A stretch of DNA of 64,000 bases from an uncultured Candidatus Saccharibacteria bacterium. Lineage in GTDB: Bacteria > Patescibacteriota > Minisyncoccia > Phycocordibacterales > JBBTRF01. Every line of letters starts with the position of its first letter. Position 1 is the stretch's first letter. The DNA lies in contig CAZRTH010000001.1 of assembly GCA_964602975.1 (NCBI GenBank), forward strand, positions 5,385-69,384, in the 5' to 3' direction. The translations under genes and the position numbers were made by a program. Shown piece by piece: positions 45,878 to 55,172 of this stretch. The notes under the pieces were generated by a model, which saw nothing but the letters and a program-made list of their open reading frames with translations, made no database searches and had not been told where the DNA came from.

Positions 45878-46864
45878 CTAGAGCCATTTCTTGTACTTGA
45901 AAAATCCGAGCAAGCCGAGTGCCGCCGCACCGATAACGATGAGCGTAATAGCGTAATTGCCGGTGGCTAAAAGGAAAGGGTTCGATTGAATATTGATAGT
46001 GAGGATAGCGATGATCAATTCGACAGAGAAAATGATCGACGTTATCACAGTGAAGAATTTCATCACTTCGTTTTGCTTCGTGCTCAAAAGTGAGTCATTT
46101 GTCGAGCGGAGTTCGTCGAGCAGTTCGAACTGGCTGCGAATCGTCTCCTCGATCTTGCCGTATTCATCAAGCAGCCGGCGAGCATGCGATCCATATTCGG
46201 GGCCGAAGAATTTTGCGCTCATTCCGGCGTACGCAGTGAGGATGACATGGTGATGCGCGAGCGCTTTTTTGAAATCGAGCAGGGACCGGCTGACCGTGGA
46301 CAACTCGAACACCATCTCTTTTTCGCGCTCGGCAAAAATATCTTCCTCAATGCGCATTAGCTGATCGTCGATCACTTCGAGTTCACTGCGAAGTGATTCG
46401 TAGATCTTCTCGATCATATAGAAGAAGATATAGCCGGCATGTTCGCCCATCTCGCCTTTGTCGAGTAGGGAATTAACCTCGAAAACCTTGGCAAAGTGAT
46501 GCAGCGGATCGATCGTGTCGTATCGTGCCGTGATGATCACCTCCTTTCCGACCAGAAAGTCGATCTCCTGGAGCCGCCCCTTGCCCGCGGCATCGGCCCT
46601 CGCCTTTTTAGATGTTTGTTTGGCGGTGGGAAAATTGAGAATGAGGTACAAGAAGTTGGAAAGGGTCTCGATCCGGGGCTTGAGATTGGGACTGAGAAGC
46701 TCCTGAGCGACCAAAGGGTCGATGCGATGCTCGTCCATCACTCTCTTCACCTCATCGCGCGTTGGGGACTCAAGATCGATCCATGTGAGCTTCTTGTACG
46801 TATACGTGTTGATCATTCTGGATAGTATACCGCGGCTTTTCTTCGTTGACCACGGGGTGCGCAT
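45878..46864 (-). CDS. CorA-like divalent cation transporter (GMN motif degenerate)
   Basis: 328 aa; cytoplasmic domain plus 2 C-terminal TMs ending ...FFKYKKWL as in CorA; GMN replaced by INI. Confidence 0.5.
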   Translation of the reverse strand: MRTPWSTKKSRGILSRMINTYTYKKLTWIDLESPTRDEVKRVMDEHRIDPLVAQELLSPNLKPRIETLSNFLYLILNFPTAKQTSKKARADAAGKGRLQEIDFLVGKEVIITARYDTIDPLHHFAKVFEVNSLLDKGEMGEHAGYIFFYMIEKIYESLRSELEVIDDQLMRIEEDIFAEREKEMVFELSTVSRSLLDFKKALAHHHVILTAYAGMSAKFFGPEYGSHARRLLDEYGKIEETIRSQFELLDELRSTNDSLLSTKQNEVMKFFTVITSIIFSVELIIAILTINIQSNPFLLATGNYAITLIVIGAAALGLLGFFKYKKWL

Positions 46865-46882
46865 TTGCGATAATGTTCCGGT

Positions 46883-48133
46883 ATGAAATCATTTTCCGCA
46901 TTTGCGAAAAGCCGGCTCGCGCTCGGACTGTATATTGTGGTGGTGCTCGCCGCTGTGTTCAGTGCCGGCGTTTTGGCGGGGTACACCGACCGACCCGAGG
47001 TGTCGAAGATCAGCGGGCTTTTGAATTCCCGGAACGAGATCTCCGATAAGACTGACTTTGAGGCTTTCTGGCGGGCGTGGCGTATTTTGAACGAGAAGCA
47101 TGTCTCGGCAAAAGAGATCGCTCCTCAAGAGAAGGTGTGGGGTGCGATCTCAGGTCTCGCCAGCTCTTTCAAAGACCCATACACGGTCTTTATGCCTCCT
47201 GTACAGACGAAGGATTTTGACAGCCAAGTGAGCGGCAACTTCGGCGGAGTCGGCATGGAAATCGGCATCAAAGACAATGTAGTGACTGTCATTTCGCCTC
47301 TCAAAGGCAGCCCTGCGGAAAAGGCGGGGATCCGTAGCGGCGACAAGGTGTTGAAGATCGGTGACAAGATCACTTCGGGAATGTCTGTGGAAGAAGCTGT
47401 ACATCTTATCCGCGGCGAAGTCGGTACCGATGTCAGATTGATGTTGTTCCGAGAGGGTCGCAAGACGCCATTTGAGGTGGTCGTCACTCGCAATGTAATC
47501 CAGATACCGACCATTGATACAGAGAAGCGTGCCGATGGCATCTTCGTCATCCGCCTATACAACTTTTCTGCTCCTTCGGCAGGCCTGTTTCGGGGTGCTT
47601 TGCAGGAGTTCATTCAATCTGGTTTCAACAAACTGATCCTCGACTTGCGTGGTAATCCGGGCGGCTATCTTGATGCCGCTGCCGACATGGCGAGCTGGTT
47701 TCTGCCAAAGGGTGCCGTAATCGTCCGTGAGAACTATGGCGACAAGCAGGTGGAAGATACCTTGCGAAGCGCTGGCTATGATGTCTTTGCCGACCGGCCT
47801 CTCCACATGGTGATACTGGTGAACGGCGGTTCAGCTTCTGCTTCCGAGATCCTCGCCGGCGCGCTCGCCGAGCATGGCGTGGCGAAATTGGTAGGAACCA
47901 AGACTTTCGGCAAGGGTTCAGTGCAAGAATTGATCAAACTCACCCCGGACACCAACTTGAAGGTGACGATCGCCAAGTGGTACACACCGAACGGCGTCTC
48001 CATCTCCGATATGGGTATCACGCCGGACTATATAGTTGACATGACAGAGCAGGATGTGAATAATCTAAAGGATCCACAGATGGACAAGGCGGTGCAAGTA
48101 GTGCTTGGCAAGGTGCCGGCGAAGAAGAAATAA
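46883..48133 (+). CDS. ctpA: carboxy-terminal processing protease (S41 family, PDZ-containing)
   Basis: PDZ GGVGMEIG...; S41 core LDLRGNPGG; signal anchor. Confidence 0.85.
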   Translation: MKSFSAFAKSRLALGLYIVVVLAAVFSAGVLAGYTDRPEVSKISGLLNSRNEISDKTDFEAFWRAWRILNEKHVSAKEIAPQEKVWGAISGLASSFKDPYTVFMPPVQTKDFDSQVSGNFGGVGMEIGIKDNVVTVISPLKGSPAEKAGIRSGDKVLKIGDKITSGMSVEEAVHLIRGEVGTDVRLMLFREGRKTPFEVVVTRNVIQIPTIDTEKRADGIFVIRLYNFSAPSAGLFRGALQEFIQSGFNKLILDLRGNPGGYLDAAADMASWFLPKGAVIVRENYGDKQVEDTLRSAGYDVFADRPLHMVILVNGGSASASEILAGALAEHGVAKLVGTKTFGKGSVQELIKLTPDTNLKVTIAKWYTPNGVSISDMGITPDYIVDMTEQDVNNLKDPQMDKAVQVVLGKVPAKKK

Positions 48134-48195
48134 GGCTAAAATGAATCGGAATTTTCGAAGAAAAAACTTTAATCCACTTTAAAACCTAAAATCTC

Positions 48196-48636
48196 ATGAA
48201 AGTCGTATTACTGAAAGACGTACCGAAGCTCGGCAAGAAATTCGATATCAAAAATGTCGCTGACGGCCACGCGCTGAACAGTTTGATTCCGCAGGGGTTG
48301 GCCGCTGTTGCCACCGATGGCGTGGTGAAGCGCATTGAGGCTGAGAAGGCTGTCTTGGAGGAGAAACGCAAGAAGGAGGAAGCTGAGCTCGCAAAGAATC
48401 TCGATGCGGTGAAGGCGCTGCAGCTCACGATTGTTGCGAAGGCAAATCCAAAAGGCCATTTGTTTTCGGCGATCCACAAGGCGGATATCGCTACCGAGAT
48501 CCGCAAAGCCGGCATCGCCATTGGCGCCGACTTCATTTCTCTCGATAAACCGATCAAGGAAGTAGGTGAACACACTATCGAGGTAGTAGCAGGAGGGAAG
48601 TCTGCGAGATGTAAGTTGAATGTAGTTGCGGCGTAA
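48196..48636 (+). CDS. rplI: 50S ribosomal protein L9
   Basis: MKVVLLKDVPKLGKKFDIKNVADGHALN...; 146 aa. Confidence 0.9.
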   Translation: MKVVLLKDVPKLGKKFDIKNVADGHALNSLIPQGLAAVATDGVVKRIEAEKAVLEEKRKKEEAELAKNLDAVKALQLTIVAKANPKGHLFSAIHKADIATEIRKAGIAIGADFISLDKPIKEVGEHTIEVVAGGKSARCKLNVVAA

Positions 48637-48727
48637 GTAACGGAGTAAATAGTGAATGAGAGACGCAACAGGAAGGTAGGAGGCGCCGAGCTATAGTAGG
48701 GAGAGTGTCCGCCGACATTTTCAGGTA

Positions 48728-48778
48728 CCCGCGGATTTTGCATACGAAAGTATGAAGAAAGTATGCAAAATCCGCGGG
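48728..48778. repeat. palindromic intergenic repeat element, copy 3 (variant arms ...ttttgcatac)
   Basis: cccgcggattttgcatac-gaaagtatgaagaaa-gtatgcaaaatccgcggg; same loop motif as copy 1; downstream ccccgcagctt shared with copy 2. Confidence 0.75.
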
Positions 48779-48829
48779 GTCGAAAAAACCCCGCAGCTTG
48801 TGCGTGGTTTTTAGCGCTGTTTTTACCCC

Positions 48830-49135
48830 TCAGGCTTTTAGAAAGTTCCCCTTCCTGAGGACTTCGGTGACATCGTTATCAATGTGGGGAAGGGCCTCTT
48901 CATTCGTTAGCTCGAGGGCATCCATCCCTAAACTTACTGACGACAATGGTGCTCCGGTGCCGAGCGTTGACCGTTGCACATCCCAAGGTGCTTTCATGAT
49001 GGCTGCTACTGATTCGGGAAATTCCCTCATCCCCTCAACCCTCAAAAAGATATCTGCGTTGGGAAGTTGCACGTAGTTGTGGCCCAAGACGAAAAGCGTC
49101 CCGAGCGGAATGTCTCTGACAGTAGTTGCTTTCAT
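48830..49135 (-). CDS. hypothetical small protein downstream of the AAA ATPase
   Basis: About 101 aa from MKATTVRDIPLGTLFVLGHNY...; no domain; co-oriented 66-130 bp after the ATPase gene. Confidence 0.35.
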   Translation of the reverse strand: MKATTVRDIPLGTLFVLGHNYVQLPNADIFLRVEGMREFPESVAAIMKAPWDVQRSTLGTGAPLSSVSLGMDALELTNEEALPHIDNDVTEVLRKGNFLKA

Positions 49136-49263
49136 AAGGTGCCGTTTCGTGAGTTCTGAACGTTGCTGGTTGGCTGTGTTTGTTGGAGAGCCTAGCACAT
49201 TCTAAGAAAAAATAAAAGACCCTTTTGAAGGCTCTCTCTAAAGGCGATGGTCCGAGGGAAGCC

Positions 49264-50037
49264 TCAGTCTTTAAATAGTCGATTTAGGTACTGGGGTGGA
49301 TTGTCCAAGAATGACTTGGTGATCTGATACTGCTTTGTTTCTTCGTAACTCACATTTTCTAGTTTTTTGCCATCGCAGGAGTAAATTGTCGAATTCGGGT
49401 AAGCAAGAAGAATAGGCGAGTGTGTGGCAATAATGAATTGAGACTCTGGATTACGACATATCTCATTAATAATAACCAGCAAGGCAAGTTGCCGTTGCGG
49501 AGATAGTGCAGCTTCCGGCTCGTCAAATAGGTAAAATCCTCCGCCGCCTATCCTGTTCTTAAAGAACGACAAAAAACTTTCCCCGTGTGATTGTTCATGG
49601 AGAGATTTTCCTCCGTATGGAGCGTAGGTAAGATATCTTTGTCCCGGCTGTTTTGACGTCTCGTCGATAAAGTTTGCGACATTAAAAAAACTTTCCGCTC
49701 GAAAGAAGTAGCCGTCACGAGGCTTTTTCCTCCACGAAAGCGTCATGCTCGAAGCAAGTTGTTCGGTTTGAGAATAGAAAGTATCATCAGCCGTAGTGAA
49801 GCTGATATTCTTGCTGCCACCCTCTTTTCCAAAACCAGTTCGTGAAGCTATTGCTTCAAGAATCGTGGATTTACCTGTTCCGTTTTCACCCACAAAAAAT
49901 GTAACCTGTGTCGGAAATGTAATGTCCGTCAAGTTCTTTACGATCTCCAGAGAAAAAGGGTACTTTGAAAAATCGAGTTTACTATCCTTCGCGAGGCTGA
50001 CTTTCACCTTGTCTAATATAGGTCCGTCTAATTTCAT
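49264..50037 (-). CDS. stand-alone ABC/SMC-type P-loop ATPase (AAA_21-like, 257 aa)
   Basis: Walker A GENGTGKST, signature-like SHGESF, Walker B FYLFDEPEAALSP, H-loop IIATHSP; gene about 42% GC versus about 51% background. Confidence 0.7.
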   Translation of the reverse strand: MKLDGPILDKVKVSLAKDSKLDFSKYPFSLEIVKNLTDITFPTQVTFFVGENGTGKSTILEAIASRTGFGKEGGSKNISFTTADDTFYSQTEQLASSMTLSWRKKPRDGYFFRAESFFNVANFIDETSKQPGQRYLTYAPYGGKSLHEQSHGESFLSFFKNRIGGGGFYLFDEPEAALSPQRQLALLVIINEICRNPESQFIIATHSPILLAYPNSTIYSCDGKKLENVSYEETKQYQITKSFLDNPPQYLNRLFKD

Positions 50038-50148
50038 AAGAGATATAGTTTATGGTATCACAAAACAAAATTCCCGACCCGAGAGCGTGTGCCGAGTAGG
50101 GAGTTTTGTCTTTTCTGTTTTTAGCTTTCCGCCTTTCTCTTTCTTTAG

Positions 50149-50421
50149 CTAGATAACATTCGCCACCTTCTTCACTGTGTTGCTGCCATCGAAATTCACT
50201 TTGCGCTTGTTTGAGAAAGACACTTTTCCTTCCTTGATCGCAAAAATAGTGTGGTCTTTTCCAGTGTCGACGCCTTTGCCTGCAAGGATCTTGGTGCCAC
50301 GCTGTCGAACGATGATCGAACCGATAGAAGCTTTTTCACCAGCAAAAAGCTTGATACCGAGGTATTTTGGGTTCGAATCTCTGAGGTTTTTGGCCGCACC
50401 GCCGGCCTTTTTGGTTGCCAT
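50149..50421 (-). CDS. rpmA: 50S ribosomal protein L27
   Basis: [24 protein letters not shown]...; 90 aa. Confidence 0.9.
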   Translation of the reverse strand: MATKKAGGAAKNLRDSNPKYLGIKLFAGEKASIGSIIVRQRGTKILAGKGVDTGKDHTIFAIKEGKVSFSNKRKVNFDGSNTVKKVANVI

Positions 50422-50544
50422 AGTCTTTTATATCGTTATGTAATTTAGATTCAGAGTATACCGAAATTAGTGGAAAAAGGCAAGAAGCCTTCAAAATAAG
50501 GGTTTTTGCGGAATCAGCGTGTCATTTTAGTGCCCTGTGCCAAT

Positions 50545-51009
50545 TTAGCGCGCCATTCGGCAAATCTCCTCGAAATGTTTCTCGAGTAGTGGCTGAACGG
50601 AGAGCCGACTACCTGTTTGAGTCAATGGAATACCCTTGAGCTTCGAATTCGCTTTGATGAGCGAGATCGATACCGGCTGGACAAATTTCTCAACAAAAGC
50701 CATATCCACCTGCATCCAAATCGGATTCTCTTCGCTAGACTTCGGGTCGTAGTGGTCGTCTTTTGGATTCAGCGCGGTCGCATCTGGATACGCTGCACTC
50801 GCCACCCTCGCCACGCCAACAGCCGATGGCGGATTGGTGCTGGAATGATAGAAGATCACCAGATCGCCGACCTGCATGCTGTCGCGCATGAAATTCCGCG
50901 CTTGATAGTTGCGCACGCCTCCCCAAGCTGTCTTTTGATCCTGCTTCAAATCGTCGATCGAGTAACAGCTCGGCTCGCTCTTTATCAGCCAGTATTTTTT
51001 GAGATTCAT
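50545..51009 (-). CDS. EVE (PUA-like) domain protein
   Basis: KYWLIKSEPSCYSIDDL...WGGVRNYQARNFMRDSMQVGDLVIFYHS matches the EVE-domain consensus. Confidence 0.75.
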   Translation of the reverse strand: MNLKKYWLIKSEPSCYSIDDLKQDQKTAWGGVRNYQARNFMRDSMQVGDLVIFYHSSTNPPSAVGVARVASAAYPDATALNPKDDHYDPKSSEENPIWMQVDMAFVEKFVQPVSISLIKANSKLKGIPLTQTGSRLSVQPLLEKHFEEICRMAR

Positions 51010-51034
51010 TCGCGCGGTTTTTTGACGCCGTCAG

Positions 51035-52042
51035 TTATTTCTTCTTACTCAACGCCACCAACCCATATCCTGCCGCCAAAAGCGCAATGCCGGCAACGAT
51101 GAGTGCGATCGGCCAACCCAAACTATCTACAAAGTATTCGCTGGTGAAGCGGATGATGAGGATGAAAACAAACAAAGCGCTGGTCTTGAGCAGAGTACGA
51201 TTGCCGCTCTTGCTTGCTAAATATAGACCGCCGAGGACTGCCAACACACTCGCCAATTCCCATCCAATATTCTGATTTGGACTCCAATCGCTGAGCGCGA
51301 TGAGCGCTCCGAGGATTCCGGAAGCTCCGACAAACGACAAGAAGCTGTCGAATGCCTGTTCATCGCGAGCCTCTGGGGTATCAGTACCTCGGGCGCTATT
51401 CAAGGTCGATTGGATCAATAGATATCCAACACCAAGAGCTATCGTGAGGTATTTGTACGCGTCGGAAAGCATTCGCAGACCACCAGAAAGATCGAGGAAA
51501 TATCCCACCAAGGAATAGATAGCCCATGTGGTGAATACGACGGTAAAGAAAGCAAACTCCACTGCGCGGAAGAAGAACAGGGAAGCGCCGTATACCGCTG
51601 CGAGAAGCACCGCAATCATTGCCGACCAGCCAAAATTGGCATAATCGACCCCAAGAGTATCAAGAGAAACAAAGGCGCCGATCGGAGCTAGGATTCCACT
51701 GATGAAAAAGAGGATGCGACTGATCTTGCCGTGATCGGCATCGCCTCTAAGCATTGCTGCGGCAACATAAGCTGCAACAGCGAGGCCGAGTGTGATGAGC
51801 ACGCGTACGACACCGCCGAGCTCCTGCCAGAAGCGGAATACAAACGAGCCAACGCCGATGACCAGCACGAGTCCGCCAATGGTATAGAGGATCGATGTTG
51901 CGGTAATACGTCGCCCTGTTGCGGCCCCAGAAGCGTTTCGGCCACCGGGAGTATTGGCGAGTGCTGCCTCGATCTCACTCAATGAGACCGCGCCTTCGGC
52001 TACCTGTCGAGCGATGAGATCCAAAAGTGCTTGTTTTTCCAT
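51035..52042 (-). CDS. polytopic membrane protein (DUF2157-like), 335 aa
   Basis: Cytoplasmic N-terminus then about 9 TM helices; no catalytic motif. Confidence 0.5.
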   Translation of the reverse strand: MEKQALLDLIARQVAEGAVSLSEIEAALANTPGGRNASGAATGRRITATSILYTIGGLVLVIGVGSFVFRFWQELGGVVRVLITLGLAVAAYVAAAMLRGDADHGKISRILFFISGILAPIGAFVSLDTLGVDYANFGWSAMIAVLLAAVYGASLFFFRAVEFAFFTVVFTTWAIYSLVGYFLDLSGGLRMLSDAYKYLTIALGVGYLLIQSTLNSARGTDTPEARDEQAFDSFLSFVGASGILGALIALSDWSPNQNIGWELASVLAVLGGLYLASKSGNRTLLKTSALFVFILIIRFTSEYFVDSLGWPIALIVAGIALLAAGYGLVALSKKK

Positions 52043-52094
52043 GGTGCGTGTTTGTTTTATGTTTTATTGAATAAAATTTTTACCACTTTACACT

Positions 52095-52712
52095 CTACAA
52101 CTGAAGGTATTCGACCCAGCTGATCAGCCTGAAACCGTTGTAATCATAATAACGATCTGGTGAGGCTGAGTTCTGGATGGTTATTTCCTTGCTCCAGGCA
52201 CCGTTCTTTAGGTAGAGTTTGTCGTAATTGTAGTAGCCGCCGCCAAAGAGTTCTCCGAAGAGACCTCGGCCGCCATAACCATATCCATTGGAGACGACGG
52301 TGCCGTCTGGCGCTGAGCCGTCTCCGGTGAGTCGGCCGAGGGAGTTGGCCTTCTCAAAGCTGATCTCGCTGAAGCTGTTTGTCCTTGCTTGATACAGGTA
52401 CAGCTTTGGGTAGTGAGGATTTGCGCCTTTCGGTACCGCAGGAGGCTGTATCATCCCGTCCGCTCCAGGCGAGGCTATCTCGGGGAGTGGATTTTTTTGT
52501 AATGAGCCAAGGGTGCCCGTGCCGGCAGTGGTCACTGAGTAGGGAAGCCAGCCGTTGCCGTTGCAAGCGTACCCGCAACCGCTCTCCAAGGTGTAGATGA
52601 AGTCGTATTGAGGGGTAAAGAAGAGCCGTGGTAGGAGTACTGAACCCACCACAAAGAGCAGGATAAGCACAGGTAGCGCCACCGCGATGATGATTTTTGT
52701 CTTGTTTTGCAT
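52095..52712 (-). CDS. hypothetical signal-anchored/secreted Gly/Tyr-rich protein
   Basis: MQNKTKIIIAVALPVLILLFVVG signal anchor; YGYGGRGLFGELFGGGYYNYD. Confidence 0.5.
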   Translation of the reverse strand: MQNKTKIIIAVALPVLILLFVVGSVLLPRLFFTPQYDFIYTLESGCGYACNGNGWLPYSVTTAGTGTLGSLQKNPLPEIASPGADGMIQPPAVPKGANPHYPKLYLYQARTNSFSEISFEKANSLGRLTGDGSAPDGTVVSNGYGYGGRGLFGELFGGGYYNYDKLYLKNGAWSKEITIQNSASPDRYYDYNGFRLISWVEYLQL

Positions 52713-52835
52713 AGATAAAGTATGCGCTCGAAAGGAGGGGATGTAAAGAGGGCGAAACAAAAACACCCGAGCTTTTGATGGCTGCGGGCGTTTTTGTTTT
52801 GTATTGCGAGACAGAGTCCCGAATACTGGTCGTCT

Positions 52836-53078
52836 TTACATTGCCGCTGGAGCGTCTGCTCTGCAGGTTGCGCACTTGCACTTTACAAGCTTTACAACTG
52901 CCGCAACGCCAACCAAGACGTAGACAACTGCTTCTACCTTAGGCCATGAGCCCAAGAGCATGTTTACCACGTTCCAGTCACCGCTAAAGAGGGTTCCAAG
53001 ACCGACGAGGCCCCAGTTGAGGGCGCCGATGATCACGAGAACATATGCCACCTTAGATACTGAACATCCTGTATTCAT
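52836..53078 (-). CDS. DUF378-family small membrane protein
   Basis: VAYVLVIIGALNWGLVGLG matches the DUF378 signature; about 80 aa; start set at the internal ATG (MNTGCSV) rather than the first ATG of the ORF. Confidence 0.55.
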   Translation of the reverse strand: MNTGCSVSKVAYVLVIIGALNWGLVGLGTLFSGDWNVVNMLLGSWPKVEAVVYVLVGVAAVVKLVKCKCATCRADAPAAM

Positions 53079-53402
53079 ATAAATAATGAAAATAAAAGCG
53101 AATAAAAACGACCTCCTACTTGATAAAGTATAGCATTTTTGCGGATGCGCAAAGGTTTTTTGGCGGAAAACTGGGGAAAACGTTGGCGAGACGCGACTAG
53201 GCAAAAACTGCCTTGCGATCAGCAAAAAGAGTGCTGGAAACCAGACCGTCAATTTGGCCGATAGTCAAGCAAAAAGCCCTTATTTAGAGCCGTTTTATAC
53301 CGTTTGACATAGAAGTCTAGGTGTTGTCTACTCTTGACAAAGTGTATCCAAATGTGCTAGTATACAGGAAATCAGAAAGCCTCTGGTTTTTCTTTAACTC
53401 CC

Positions 53403-53894
53403 ATGTTTCAATTCTCAACAATCATAGTCACCCTCTTTACCGCGGCCTCCGTCCAGGGTGCGAACATGTCTGTTCTCGCCTTGGCGCAACAGAACACCTC
53501 CACTACCAGCGGCATTGGAAAGGAGCTCAGTCTTATTAATACACCTGTAGCTTCAACAGACCGGGCATCTGAAGTGGAAACTTCGGTCCGCGCGTACTTC
53601 TCGGATATTCCGGCACTTATCGAGATCGCTCGTTGCGAGTCTGGCTTTCGCCATACCGACAAGAGCGGCAACATTCTCCGAGGTACCCAAACTACTGATG
53701 ACATCGGAGTCATGCAGATCAACGAGTACTACCACGGCGAAAGCGCCAAGCGTCTTGGCTACGACATTACCAGCCTCAACGGCAACATGGCTTTTGCTCG
53801 ACATCTCTATGGTGTCTATGGCACCGATCCATGGAAGGCTTCAGCGAAGTGCTGGAAGAAGCCGACTCCCGGTTTACTCGCGGAGCGTAAGTAA
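53403..53894 (+). CDS. secreted lytic-transglycosylase-like (SLT/lysozyme-like) protein
   Basis: Signal peptide; IARCESGFRH...DDIGVMQINEYYH resembles the SLT ES-x-F / GLMQI motifs. Confidence 0.55.
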   Translation: MFQFSTIIVTLFTAASVQGANMSVLALAQQNTSTTSGIGKELSLINTPVASTDRASEVETSVRAYFSDIPALIEIARCESGFRHTDKSGNILRGTQTTDDIGVMQINEYYHGESAKRLGYDITSLNGNMAFARHLYGVYGTDPWKASAKCWKKPTPGLLAERK

Positions 53895-53950
53895 AAGCCG
53901 CAAAAGCGATGCGTGAGGTGGGGTAGGCAAGCCTATCATCTTTCACAAAA

Positions 53951-53978
53951 CCACCCGACTGGGTGGTTTTGTGTTGAA
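53951..53978 (+). terminator. rho-independent terminator
   Basis: aaaaccaccc-gact-gggtggtttt then gtgtt. Confidence 0.65.
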
Positions 53979-54078
53979 AGCAAAAGTATCGATCGGTGTA
54001 TAAATTGTTTCGCAGTAAAATGTTCTAGGTCATTGGTCGAATTGGTTAAGCGAGTAATGCTATAAGTATAGAAAATCA

Positions 54079-54155
54079 GTGATCAAGAAATCGCAAAGAA
54101 AGTATCAAGAAAGGGAAAAGATTTGATCAAGAACTGATAAAGATTTAATAAAGAA
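54079..54155. repeat. iteron-like short direct repeats (ATCAAGAA x3; AAGATTTnATnAAGAA x2) in an AT-rich gap
   Basis: tgatcaagaaatc / gtatcaagaaagg / tgatcaagaactg spaced about 23 bp; aagatttgatcaagaa and aagatttaataaagaa 22 bp apart. Confidence 0.4.
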
Positions 54156-54203
54156 AATCTCGGCCATCTTGAGGCTACTCTCAGAGGGAAGTGCTATTGA
54201 TGA

Positions 54204-54229
54204 TGTCGCACAATATATCTTTTGCGACA
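54204..54229. other. 26-bp imperfect palindrome with 6-bp AT spacer (dif/recombinase-site-like or operator)
   Basis: tgtcgcacaa-tatatc-ttttgcgaca; arms 9/10 complementary. Confidence 0.3.
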
Positions 54230-54387
54230 TAGAGCCTAAGGGGCCGAAAGAGCGGCCTTCGGTTGGAGCGAATGAATCTTTAAAAATAAAAAAGCGCTGG
54301 ATACTTCCCTTGCTTTGGCCGCTAGGAAAATATTCAAACGCTGTTTGTTCGCCCCGATCGAACCAATACGTGCACTTTCGTCCTCAA

Positions 54388-55101
54388 TCATTTCCACCAG
54401 CGTTGATACATCAGGTCCGCCAGCCAGTAGATCTGCCGATTGAACACAAATGCCATTGCTGACAGGACGATGCCGCTCAGATACATCTTGGCGGCCACTT
54501 CGCTGTTCATGTAGCCTAGGGCGCGGATATTGAACAGTGGGATGCTCAACATGGCGGACGCCTGAAGGAAGAACACCAACATGGGCCGCAAGGACACGAT
54601 CTCCCAGGCCTTTTCCACGATGGCGGAGACGGAGTTGGTGGTCGGAGCGACGAATGAGCCGATCAAAGGGGTCAGCACCGAGTGCTTTTCAAGGAACCCT
54701 TGAATTTCTTTCCCGAAGAGGGTAGTGACGACTCCCCCGCCGGCCATTACGACAAACAGCAGGGTCAGCAGTGGCATAAAGTTGTTCCAATAGACCAGCG
54801 ACCTGCTTCCCCATTGCTCAAAGTCTTTTTTCTCGCCGAAGGTGCCGACGAGCGCGAGAATGATCGCGAGCATCAACAGAAGCGGACCGTTTTGGATCCA
54901 GAAGCGTCTGTCGATGTTCAGCGGCATGATCCGGAACAAGCCGGTCAGCAGCAGGACAAAGCTGGTTACAACCAACATGAGATTTGTTGCAGTAATATTG
55001 GGTTTCAAGAAGAGCCTTTCGCGTGTTTTTACAGTGGTTGCGGTTCTAGGATGTTTCAAATGGACTGCCGAAACTATAGCCGAAAAGCCCCACCCCGTCA
55101 C
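54388..55101 (-). CDS. hypothetical polytopic membrane protein
   Basis: 237 aa, 6-7 TM; no motif recognised. Confidence 0.5.
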   Translation of the reverse strand: MTGWGFSAIVSAVHLKHPRTATTVKTRERLFLKPNITATNLMLVVTSFVLLLTGLFRIMPLNIDRRFWIQNGPLLLMLAIILALVGTFGEKKDFEQWGSRSLVYWNNFMPLLTLLFVVMAGGGVVTTLFGKEIQGFLEKHSVLTPLIGSFVAPTTNSVSAIVEKAWEIVSLRPMLVFFLQASAMLSIPLFNIRALGYMNSEVAAKMYLSGIVLSAMAFVFNRQIYWLADLMYQRWWK

Positions 55102-55172
55102 TTGACAATATGTTATAAATATGAAATAGTTATAGCCTGTTTCGGTTCTGTAGCTGTTGCTACAAGATCGGA

